DNA of 64,000 nucleotides from the human T2T-CHM13v2.0 reference genome, Homo sapiens: assembly GCF_009914755.1 (NCBI RefSeq), contig NC_060945.1, one strand, 5' to 3'. The notes beneath the pieces are model-generated. The model saw nothing but the letters and a program-made list of their open reading frames with translations. It was not told the origin of the DNA and searched no databases. The translations under genes were made by a program, and so were the position numbers. Positions 52,830 through 64,000 of this stretch are shown one piece after another. The stretch's first letter is position 1, and every line of letters begins with the position of its first letter.

Positions 52830-54140
52830 TATCTCTCTCTCATCTTTTGCAACTCTGTCCCAGAAATTTCTCCCTCTCCATTTTGCATCATTAGTCTTTC
52901 TCTCCACCGAATCAGTTTGAAAAGCCTCTCAGTACCCCATGTCTCCCACCAGCTATCGCAAACGTTTTTACCTTTTGGAAGCAAAATTCCTTTAAAGAAG
53001 AGCCTATTCTTATTGTCTTCATTTACTCCCTCCTTTGCCAAATTCTGTCTTAAACCTATGACACATATGTATAATCATGGATAACTAAAACTGAACTCTT
53101 GAACTTCCCTTCCAAATGTACTCTATCAGCAGTCATCCCATCGAATTAATGGGAATGTCTTTATTCTCTTCTCACTTGGGTTACTTCAATAGCTGTCTAA
53201 CTGGTCCCCTAATCTCTATTATTGCTTTTCTATAATTTATTCTCTATACAGTATCCAGTTATCATTTTAAATATAAAATCAAACCAAGTCACTACTTTTG
53301 TTTGATATCTTCAATGGCTTCACTTTGGTAGCCTCAAGTCTTTATGAAAGCTCCCCTTATGATCTGATCATCTTTCTGGAACTCTTCTCTCAGGCACATA
53401 CTCCCTGCTTACTTAGTTGATAACTTAAATCCCTGTTCCACTAGATTCCTCTGCTCTAGCCTCCTCACTGTTTTTGAAATATATCAAACATATTCCTGCC
53501 TTAGTGCCTTTGAACTTCCTTTACACTTCCTGAAATTATTTTTCTGATATTTGCATGAATGCACTTTATTAAATACCATTTTTGTAGTGATCAAGCTTAC
53601 TTTTTTTTTTTTTTTTTTTTTTTAGATGGCGTCTTGCTCTGTCACCCAGGCTGGAGTGCAGTGGCGTGATCTCGGCTCCTGGGTTCAAGCCAGTCTCCTG
53701 CCTCAACCTCCCAGGTAACCGGGACTACAGGCATGCGTCACCATGCCCAGCTAATTTTTTTGTATTTTTAGTAGAGATTGGGTTTCACCATGGCTGGTCT
53801 CGAACTCCTGACCTCAAGTGATCTGCCTGCCTCAGCCTCCGAAAGTGCTGGGATTACAGACATGAACCATCACACCCGGCCAAGCTTACATTTATAACCA
53901 CTACATCATACACCCTGGAAGCCCCTATCTTGCTTACCCTATTTTGTTTTTCTTCATAGTACTCCACAACAGGCTTATGTATTTACTTACATAGAAATAC
54001 TTGCATATTAGATATTTGTATATATCTATTTACACCTCTTGGGTGTAAGCTCCCTGTGAGCAACAACTTTGTCTTTTTTATTAGCCTAGGAAACTGTCTG
54101 GTTCATTGTAAGTGATCAATAAATACACATTAAAATGAAT
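52830..54140 (+). mobile_element. L2 3' region (interrupted by Alu)
   Basis: 'aaaactgaactcttga', 'acttcaatagctgtctaactggtcccc', 'tgtaagctccctgtgagca', 3' end 'gtaagtgatcaataaatac..aatgaat'. Confidence 0.7.
53601..53881 (-). mobile_element. AluS with two small internal deletions
   Basis: Poly(T), Alu consensus, TSD 'aagcttac'. Confidence 0.96.
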
Positions 54141-54508
54141 TACTGGATCCTTTTTGAAAACAGTTGTCTAAGTTGCCTTTTCTGATGAATGAAGCCAAAA
54201 TAAGTAACTGTAGGTTTATCAGGAAGTTAATTAAAAGGAGACCCATATGCTACCAAAAATAAATGTATTTGGTCAAAGATAATTATTTTCTTATAAAAAT
54301 TAAGCAATACAACCTATGTCATTGAAATAAAAATTAAGCAATATTTAAAATTAAATTTTACTAAATATCATGACTCTGTCTTATTTTTTCTTTATATCTC
54401 CCATTGTTCTTAATACACTTATTTGTACAATGCTCATTAATTCCTTCATAAAATATTTATTTAGAGTTGACCAATATCTTAATGTTTCTCTAAGCTTGAC
54501 TAAAATTT

Positions 54509-56183
54509 TTTGCTTGTTTACTTATTTTTATTGATACATCATAATTTTACATATTTATCAGGTACATGTAATACTTTGATACATGCATACAATGTATCAA
54601 ATCCAATGGGTAAGTGGAAAATCCATTGTCTCAAATATTTATTATTTCTTTTTGATGGATACATTTCAAATCTCTTCTAGCTATTTTTAAATATAAAATA
54701 AATTCTTTTTAACTATAGTCACCTTGCTGTGGTATCAAACACTAGAGCTTATTCCTTCCATCTAATTGTATTTTTGTACTTATTGACCAACCTCTCATGA
54801 TCCCCCTCATCCCTTTCTCAGTCTCTGCTAGCTATCATTCTACTCACTACTTCCATGAGATCATTTTTTTAACTCCACATATGAATGAGAACATGCAATA
54901 TTTGTCTTTCTGTGCCTGGCTTATTTCACTAAAAATAACGTTCTCCAGTTTCATACATGTCGCTGGAAATGATAGAATTTAATTATTTTTAGGGCTGAAT
55001 AACATTCCATTGTGTATATGCACCATATTTCCTTTATCCATTCATCCATTGAGGGATACTTGGGTTAATTTCATACCTTGGCTATTGTGAACAGTGCTGC
55101 AATAAACATGAGAGTGCAGCTATCTCTTCAATATATTGATTTTCTTCTTTTGGGTATATACCCAGTAGTAAGATGGCTCTTTTAGATACAAAAAAAAAAA
55201 GCAGTACTAATAGGGGAGTTTATAGCAATAAAAACTTACATAAAAAATGTAGACAGATCTCAAAGAAACAACCTAATGATGCATCTCAAAAAATTAGAAA
55301 AGCAAGAGGAAATCAAACTAAAATTAATAGAAAGAAATGTTATAAATATCAGAGCAGAAATAAATGAAATTGAAACTACAAAAACAATACAAAAGAAAAA
55401 ATGAAAAGTTATTTATAAAAGATAAACAAAACTTACAAATCTTTAGCTAGACTAAGAATAAAAGAGAGTAGTCCCAAATAAATAAAATCAGAGATGAAAA
55501 ACAAGACATTACAACTGATACCACAGAAATACAAAGGATCATTAGAGACTGGTATGAACAAATACATGTCAATAAATTGAAAAACCTAGAAGAAATCAAT
55601 AAATTACTGGATACATAAAACCTATCAAATCTCAGCCATGAAGAAATAGAAAACCTTGAACATATCAATAACGAGTAATGAGATTGAAGCAGTACTGAAA
55701 AATTCTCCTATCAAAGAAAGGTCCAGGACCTGATTTCTTCATTGCTGAGTTCTACAAAACACTTAAGGAAGAAATGATATCAGCTATTCTTAAACTATTT
55801 CCAAAATCTGAAAAGAACAGAATACTTTCAAATTCATTCTATGAGGCCAGCATACCCAATCCAGACAAAGGCATAGCTAAAAAAGAAAACCACAGGCCAA
55901 TATATTTGATGAACATAGATGCAAAAGTGCTCGATAAAATGTTAGCAAACTGTTCAACAGCATGTCAAAAAGATCGTTCTTCGTGATCAAAAGAGATTCA
56001 TTTCAGGAATGCAAGGATGGTTCAACTTATGCAAATCAAGAAATGTGATACATCACTTCAGCAAAATCAGGGACAGAAACCATATGATCATTTCAATAGA
56101 TGCTGAAAAAATATTTGATAAAATTTAACATCCTTCATGATAAAAACTTTCAAAACATACCTTAAAACAATGAAGGCCAATTA
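54509..56183 (-). mobile_element. L1MA-type element with 5' inversion
   Basis: 54509-55177 is an antisense L1MA 3' end; 55178-56183 is sense ORF2 ([22 protein letters not shown]). Confidence 0.88.
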
Positions 56184-56708
56184 TGACCAGACTTTAGACA
56201 AGTTTTTCCTGCCTCTAGGTCCCTGAACTCCCTTTTTTGAGCAGTTTACCTTAGAAAACCTCTAATTGTAAACTCTTTCTCTGTTCCTTTGAGATGTAAA
56301 TCCTTTAAAAAGCCTCTTGCCTGTTTTATAACCCAGGACTGTCATTCCCAAGATCCTGGGAGCCATGTCTGAAACTTAACCATCAAGGAAGATAGACTCC
56401 TCTCTCAGTTTCTGCGTGAAGGTAGAAGCCTAACTACTGTGGGTACTTTACTCCAAGTTGTAAAATTGCATCCTTTCATGAAGATAGGAGAAAGTTTATT
56501 TTCATTTGGATAAAGACAATTAGCAAACACTCAAAGACTAAGACCCCCCCATCTTCACTTTTAGGACTTCTGTGGCCCTCTATTTCAACAGAGCTGAGTA
56601 CTAAGACTTGGATTGTGCTCTCTCTTTCTGCTATTGCTCATAATAGTATTAGTATAAAATCAGTTTCTGTTTGCTGGTCTCATCTGATAAAATATTTTTC
56701 TTTAACAG
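56184..56708 (+). mobile_element. MER67-like ERV1 LTR
   Basis: 'tgaccagactttagacaagtttttcctgcctctagg..ttagaaaacc..tgtaaactctttctctg..tttgagatgtaaatc'; ends 'tttctttaaca'. Confidence 0.7.
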
Positions 56709-56821
56709 AGTACACATTGCAGCCAAAATATAATTAATATAAATAATCTTTGCATATGTGGGAGAAATATGCCAGAAGAAGAAATAATTTAAATCAATCT
56801 TGACTTTTTCCCAGAAAAAAA

Positions 56822-56936
56822 TTATACATGTATATGTATATATGTGTATATATGTGTGTGTGCATGCATGTGTGCACACATACATTATATATATTAACAT
56901 ATATACACACACACGTGTGTATGTGTGTGTATATAA
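56822..56936 (+). repeat. (TA/TG/CA)n low-complexity repeat
   Basis: Directly visible alternating purine-pyrimidine tract. Confidence 0.9.
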
Positions 56937-57350
56937 AGAATTTCTTGATGTTATTCTTTTAAAGGAAAATATACCACAAAGCATAATATAAATCCTGATT
57001 TACTAAATTTTATAATTAAATATAGTTATTATTTTTTATATTGAGAAACTCCATTAATTTAATTATAACAAACCAGTAAAATAATACAAGTATTTGCCAA
57101 TAGTATTATCTGCACTTATTTGATACTTGGGTTTGCTTTAAAGCATTTGACTAACAATAACTATTAAAATTAGAAATAAGGTTAATTTAAAAATTGATAT
57201 GATTATGCCATTTTCTACTTTACCACGTATCTATTTTGCCTATCATGTCATAAAATTTATATGTAAAAATTTCCACTGGCACCATACATTATTTAGGTCA
57301 TTGATAAGAAAAAAAGACAATGCCAAGCACTATGTTCCATGCAGACTATT

Positions 57351-57769
57351 TGCCGCACACTGAATTATGTACTCCATCCCTCAAAGAGATGTTGGAGTCC
57401 TAATCCCGAGAACCTCAGATTGTATTTGAAGATACCATTTTTACAGATGTAATCAAATTTAAATGAAATCATTAGGGTGTGTCGTAATACAATGTAATTG
57501 GAATGACTGGTATAAAAAGGGGAAATTTGGGCACTGAGATAGACACACCCAGAGGCAGGATAACATGAAAAGACACAGAGAGAAGATGGCCATGAACAAG
57601 TCAAGGATAGAGGACTGGAACGGGTCTTGTCCTCACATTCTCAGGAGAAACCAATCCTGATGAAACCTTGATTTTGAACTTCAAGACTCCAAAACTGTGA
57701 GACAATAAGTTTCTGTTAAGTGGCTTGATTTGTGGTGCTTTGTTAAGGCAGCCCAAGTAAACCAATACA
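57351..57769 (+). mobile_element. MLT1B/C-type solo LTR
   Basis: 'gatgttggagtcctaatccc..gagagaagatggccatgaacaagtcaagga..ccttgattttgaacttc..aactgtgagacaataa..aaccaataca'. Confidence 0.85.
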
Positions 57770-60614
57770 TGATTCTTGTCAAATAAAACAAGTTTAAATA
57801 TGATTATATCATATTAAAAATTAAGTTGGCAATCAAAAGGACTAATTATAAGGAAAAAGTAATTTATTGGGAAATTACTCTCCTTTTAGTTATTTCCTGT
57901 TAGTTAAAGGAAAGTTAATAAAATAATGAATTTTTATTTTTTGAAATTGATATAAATGATGGTTCTTGATATAAATGGTGCTTATTCATAGACATGAAAA
58001 GCATCCATCCCCACATACCATAATTTACATATTAAAATCTAGAAAGCACTAGATTATATGTTGCCATGTTGAAGGAGCTTCTTTCAATTTTCTTCATTTT
58101 TAAACATATTTCCCCATTTATTGAATTTAGCATTATAGAAAATAATTTTCAAACTTGTTAGCATCAAATCCTTGGTGATTATTTTCTGAAAATCATAAAG
58201 TACATGGAGTCTGTATGAAATCTCATTGAGAGATTAAAAAAATATCGAAATGCTTAGGTGCTGTTTTACCACCTTTTCTTTCTCTTCTTACTTTTATTAC
58301 TCATCTTCAATATAAAACCCCTTGGGCTTTTAAAAACTCTTTGATGTATATATTCATCCTTGAACCCACCCCAGCAGACAATAATCTCCACTTCTCTTTA
58401 TATTGCATTCACTTTCATTCGACTATTTGATTTTCATGCTCAAATTCTCTGAAGGAAATGTTTTTTTCATATTTCATTAGGTGATATTGCATGAGTGAAT
58501 TCACATCCAACATTCCTTTTTAATTCTGAGTTTATAACATCGTAAGTGCCTAGATAATTTCCCTTTTATTATTATCTCTTAATCTCTTAAGGTATTAATT
58601 ATTTTCAAATGTCCTCTCTTCCCAGCTTTCTTAATTAGAATTTTACTGTGATTTATTTTTTAGCTTGATATTAACCTTAAATTAATTTTTTGCTATTTTT
58701 CCAAAGGAGTAAGAAGGGACATAAATATAACTTCTGAAGTCAGTAATCTTTGTTTATTACTGATATAAACAAAGAATATATCCACAAGAAAAATCTTATC
58801 TACTTATTTTTATGGTATCATGTTCAGGCCAGAGGTGAGAGCTTTTGCTCAGATAACTTGTAACTTTTCACCTTGGAGGTTTGACTCCAAGTTTTTCTCT
58901 ATTGCTGACACCTGCAGATATGAAGTATAAGCAGGACTATAAAATGGACACACACATACAAATAAATAAAAAAGATTACTTGGTATTCTGTCTGTTTCAC
59001 AAATCCAGCTTATGTGTGCCTTTCACTTTTTAGTCATTTTAAAGCTCTGTAAATTGTAGAAAATTGACAATTCAACTGATATTTATCTACGGAAACACTA
59101 AATAGTTGTGTACAATTGATTATTGCCTGTGGATAGACCAGTTTGTGCATCCATTAATAAATTAATTTTACCATTCTGGAATGCATACAAATGTGAATAT
59201 TCTAATTTTGCTTTGAACTAGTTGTAACATCTTACTGGTTTCTTTGTTAATTCATGAATAAAATACAATCACTGATGTGTTCTTTTAATATTTATGTGTG
59301 TCATGATTATGCCCTCTTTAAGAAAATTATCCTTTAAAGAAAGGCAAGGCTTCACCTTATATTAAGACAAGTCACTTTGACCTATGGAAACATGTTAGCC
59401 ATGGATGATTCATAATTTTTCCTGCAATTCAATTTCCTGTAATTCCCTTCTCCTAGTGGCCTCTACCCCTGTGCCAGAAGGTAGACAGATTTCAACTGTC
59501 CAACCATTATGAAAAGCTTCAATCACTTTTGACATTAGAGAGAGAGAGGGAGAAAGAGAAAGTGTGTGCATGTATGTGTGTGTGTTGGCATGTATCTGTG
59601 TACGTGCTTTTACTTGTTACTGAAAAGTATTAGGAGAGATGAAAGAGTATTTTACAAAAGCTACTCCAATTATACAATCTCGTAAAATTCCAGTCGATTT
59701 TACTGGTTTCTTCTAAAACGTTTATTGAAATCCTACCAAAGGAGTCATCTTTCCTTTCTGACCTCTACCGCAAAGCAATCAGTCTTGCCCAAGATTTTCT
59801 CCATTTTCCCTTCTATCTAATCCTTCAATCTTTATTATGTAACTTTCTCCTCTAGTCAAAAACTTAAAGCCAGCCCAATTTCCAAACTCTGGAGGCTTCA
59901 TGCATCCCATGGAGAGTTTGTGCAAGCATCTTCCAACAAAGATGTAGTGTTCTTCACAGAGGTAAAATTCACTAGAATGTAGTTTCCAGCAGTTAGCTTT
60001 TTACAGACTCATCCTTAGTTTTGTGTGTCATTTACTCCATTTTTCTTAGTAACAACATTTATTGCAGAAGCAACACCAATTCATGCCACTGAGCCAGGTT
60101 TGAGATAATGAGTACTTCCCCATGCAACAGAATGGTTGTCAAACTGATATTTAGCATTTCTTTTTTAATAAGGATATTTACATTGATTCTTTTTAATGAC
60201 TTAAAAAATACTTCTATTTAGTGGATGAGGAATGTCATCAAAATATCATTCTATCATCTTTCCTTTACTCTCCTGCCTCCCTCTTTCCATTAAGTCTCTA
60301 AGAGGTGTCGATTCTGGCTCTCACATATCTCACAGAAACTACTCCGTCTTTCCGTCTTCATCTGCCACTTCATGAAACCAGGCCATCTAGATTTTGCTAC
60401 CTGTCCTCCTGTATATATCTTTCCGTAGCTCTTCAGGTGCTATTGTCAATAATTTTCTGGGTTCTACTTTTCTAAAATACATAGTTCAGACTTTTTCATG
60501 TGATATATAAAGCCCTTCATGTCATCTTATTTCCATTCCTCTGTTTGTCTACCCAAATTGACTTGCTTTCTATTTCTTCAGTGTATCACAGTTAAAGTTA
60601 AAATGGAGATGGGA

Positions 60615-60845
60615 GGCTGGGCGTGGTGGCTCTCCCCTGTAATCCCAGCACTTTGGGAGGCCGAGATGGGTGGATCATCTGAGGTCGGGAGTTCGAGACC
60701 AGCCTGACCAAAATGGAGAAACCCCGTCTCTACTGAAAATACAAAATTAGCCAGGTGTGGTGGCTGCATGCCTCTAATCCCAGCTACTTAGGAAGGCTGA
60801 GGCAGGAAGAGCGAAATTCTGTCTTAAAAAAAAAAAAAAAAAAAA
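60615..60845 (+). mobile_element. AluSp-like with right-arm deletion
   Basis: 'ggtcgggagttcgagaccagcctgacc..atggagaaacccc'; about 70 nt missing after 'gaggcagga'; TSD 'gagatggga'. Confidence 0.95.
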
Positions 60846-61049
60846 GAAGAGATGGGATTAGTACTTTCTTCTGAATAGTACCTTAGAAGAAGGTACTAAT
60901 CCCATCTCCATTTTAACTTTGACCCAGAGAGGTTAAGTACCTGTCCCCAGATCACACAGGTAGAAAGAGCACCCAGTCCTAATACTTCCAACTCGTCACA
61001 ACTTTCTTCACTTTTCAAATCACTTTTACAAAGACAGACAGTGACCAGA

Positions 61050-64000
61050 GGAAAAAAATGGCAAATAGGCAGCAGAACGAACTTGCAGTTCCCACTCAGA
61101 CAAAAAGAACAGCATGTGGAGTTTCGCATTGTGAACTTTTGCTCCAAGAACTACTGCAGGAACATAACAGAAAAGCTGAGAAAATTCACAGTGCTTTTGA
61201 AAAAAGTGGCTTGCCACTGCAGTCTCCATGAGACAGCCAAAAAACTGAGTGCCCAAAGTATGAGAGGAAGAATGTCCACCCCCAAACACACATCCTCACT
61301 AGGGAAGCTGAAGGTCCAGATCACGGGAGAAAGATTTGGCCTTACCTGGAGCCAAGATGAAGTTAGAGTTGAGCAAAATACAGGGGTAGAGGAAGCAGCA
61401 GGAAGAGCCCTGTGGGCACTCTTGGTCCCCAGGGAATGCATTTCTGACTTTGCCTCCCAGGGGTCCTTGGTCAGGGCTGCCAGTTGAATTAGGGAAAGAC
61501 CACAGGGAGAAAGAAACTTTCAGCTGAATTTTGTAACAATTTTGACCAAACACGAATTTTCCTGGACAGAATCTGGGATGGGGGTGAATGGAGGGTGCAG
61601 ATACAAGCACAGAAACCATGGCAGGTGGGGAGGCGTGAAGCCTGAAATCCCTGCTTGCTTTCTCAGCAGGGAGTCTTGTAGCCTTGGGCAAGATCTCAGC
61701 CTTGCTCACTGGCTGCCTGGAAATAAACTCAGTGCTGTTAGGGGGACATGGTGGAGGTGAGACTAGCCCTTTGGGCTGCCTGAGTGCTGGGTGAGGCCTG
61801 TCACTGCTGACTTTCCCCCACTTCCCTGGCAACCTGTATGACACAGCAGAGGCAGCCATAATTCCCCTGGGAACATATTCCATCAGCCCGAGAACCACAC
61901 CCTGATGCTCCTCAGCCGCCACAGCATGCCCTGCCCAAGGAGAGTCTGAACTCAGACATGCCTAACCCTGCCCCTACCTGATGGTCTTTCTCTACCTGCC
62001 CTGATAGCTGAAGACAAAGGACATACTCTCTTGGAAGCTCTGTGGCCTCATTCACCACCTGAGAAACCTGAATACTTATCCAGGTGACCCTAAGACAAGC
62101 TTGCATCCTCCTTATACTAGGGCAGCTGATGCTCCCTTGAAAGGGCCACCTCCTGGCTTGAAGCCAACCAACACAAAACCAGTGCACTAACCAAAACTAC
62201 AACCAAGACCCTCACAGAGTCCACTTCACTCCCCTGCTACTTCCACCAGAGCAGGTGCTGCTATCCATGGCTGAGAGATCTAAACATGGATCACACCACA
62301 GGACTCTTGCAGACACTCCCAAGTACCAGAGCCTAGTAGCTCCACCAGGTGGCTAGACCCAGAAGAGCAAAAACAATCACTACAGTTCAGCTCTCAGGAA
62401 GCCCTCCCTAGTGGAAGGGTGACAGCACCACGTCAAAGGAAGACATCTTGGGACAAAAGAATCTGAACAACAGCCATTGAGCCCCAGATCTACTCTCTGA
62501 CATAGTCTACCAAAAATAGAAGGAACCAGAATAACAATTCTGGTAATATGACAAAACAAGGTTATTTAACAGCCCCAAAAGATCACACTAGCTCACCGTC
62601 AATGAATCCAAACCAAGAAGAAATTTCTAAGCTGCCAGGAAAAGAATTCAGAAGGTTGATTATTAAGCTACTCAAGGAGACATCAGAGAAAGGTGAATAC
62701 CAACTTAAAGAAATCAAAAAAAATGATACAGAAAATGATATGGATAGAAAATCTCCAGGTAAATAGACAGCATAAATTTTTAAAAAATCGCAATTTCTAG
62801 AAATAAAGGATCCACTTAGAGAACTACAAAATACACTGGAAGTCTCAGCAATAAAATTAAACAAGTGGAAGAAAGAACTTAGAGCTCAAAGACAAGTCTT
62901 TTGAATTAATCCAATCCAACAAAGATAAAGAAAAAGGAATAAAAAATGAACAAAGCCTCCAAGAAATTCGGGATTATGTTAAATGACCAAACCTAGGAAT
63001 AATTTCTGTGCCTGAGGAAGAAGAGAAAACTAGAAGTTTGGAAAACATATTTGAAAGAATAATGGAGGAAAATGTCCCTGGCCTCAATAGAGATCTAGAC
63101 ATCCAAATACAGCAAGCTCAAAGAACACCTGGGAAATTCATCACAAAAGCATCTTTGCCTAGGCACATCAGGTGATCTAAAGTCAAGATGAAAGAGAATC
63201 TTAAGAGTTGTGAGGCAAAAGCAACAGGTAATCTATAAAGGAAAACCTATCAGAATAACAGCAAATTTCTCAGCAGAAACCCTATAAGCTAGAAGGAATT
63301 GGGGTTCTATCTTTAGTCTCCTTAAACAAAACAATTATCAGCCAAGAATTTTGTATCCAGTGAAACTAAGCTTCCTAAATAAAGGAAAGATACAGTATTT
63401 TTCAGACAAACAAATGCTGAGAGAATTCACCCCTACCAAGCCAACACTACAAGAACTGTTAAAAGGAGCTCTAAATCTTTCAACAAATCTTTGAAATACA
63501 TCAAAATTGAACCTCCTTAAAGCCTACATCTCACAAGACCTATAAAATAATAACTCAAGGGGAAAAAAAAGAAGGTATTCAGGAAACAACTAGAAGAATT
63601 AATAGAATAATAACTCACTTCTCAATACTAACCTTGAATGTAAACAGCCTAAATGTTCCATTTAAAAGATACAGACTGGCAGGATGAATAAGAATTTACC
63701 AAGCAAGTTTCTGCTGTCTTTAAGAGACTCACCTAACACATAAGGACTCACATAAGGTAAAGGACTGAAAAAGATATTCCATGCAAATGCATACCAAAAG
63801 CAAGAAGGAGTAGCTATTCTTATGTCAGACAAATAAACTTTAAAGCAACAACAGTTTAAGAAAGACAAAGAGGGACACTATATAATGATAAAAGGACTAG
63901 ACTGACAGGAAAATATCATAATCTTAAATATGTATGTACCTAACACTGGAGCTCCCAAATTTATAAAACAATTACTACTAGATAGTGGGGGACTTCACTA
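61050..64000 (+). mobile_element. L1PB-type (L1PBa-like) element: full 5'UTR, disrupted ORF1, start of ORF2; runs off the window
   Basis: About 1.46-kb GC-richer 5'UTR; ORF1 MTKQGYLTAPKDHTSSPSMNPNQEEI..KEFRRLIIKLLKE (62548); EN motifs from about 63615. Confidence 0.93.

Noticed and set aside
61299-61922. Longest ORF (207 aa, minus strand)
   Set aside because: Antisense to the GC-richer L1PB 5'UTR; no recognisable protein. Not equated with L1PA ORF0 because this 5'UTR is a different type.

Overview
Primate (human-like) nuclear DNA. It is visibly AT-rich and CpG-poor, gene-poor, and dominated by interspersed repeats: about 12 Alu copies or fragments (including one AluY), several L1 pieces (old L1M, two L1PB-type 5' ends, L1PA and L1MA 3' ends), L2/MIR relics, MaLR/ERVL/ERV1 LTRs, hAT MITEs and microsatellites. 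I recognise no cellular protein-coding gene; the ORF track is repeat-derived or random. Points of interest: (1) the L1PB-type element at 11001-12882 lacks about 880 nt of 5'UTR relative to its relative at 61050-64000, with a junction matching a splice event, so it is a candidate ancient spliced integrated L1 (SpIRE-like). (2) A decayed minus-strand class III/ERVL provirus (RT, RNaseH, IN, dUTPase) is followed by a possible env remnant. (3) Several unusual retrotransposition footprints: two twin-primed L1s, an about 55-bp target-site duplication, an L1 with a 3' transduction, and an antisense Alu with a sense-strand tail. (4) Candidate regulatory sites (two CTCF motifs, a TALE/HOX motif cluster) and candidate non-coding exons. 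Repeat family names come from my recollection of consensus sequences, and the boundaries of old repeats are approximate.
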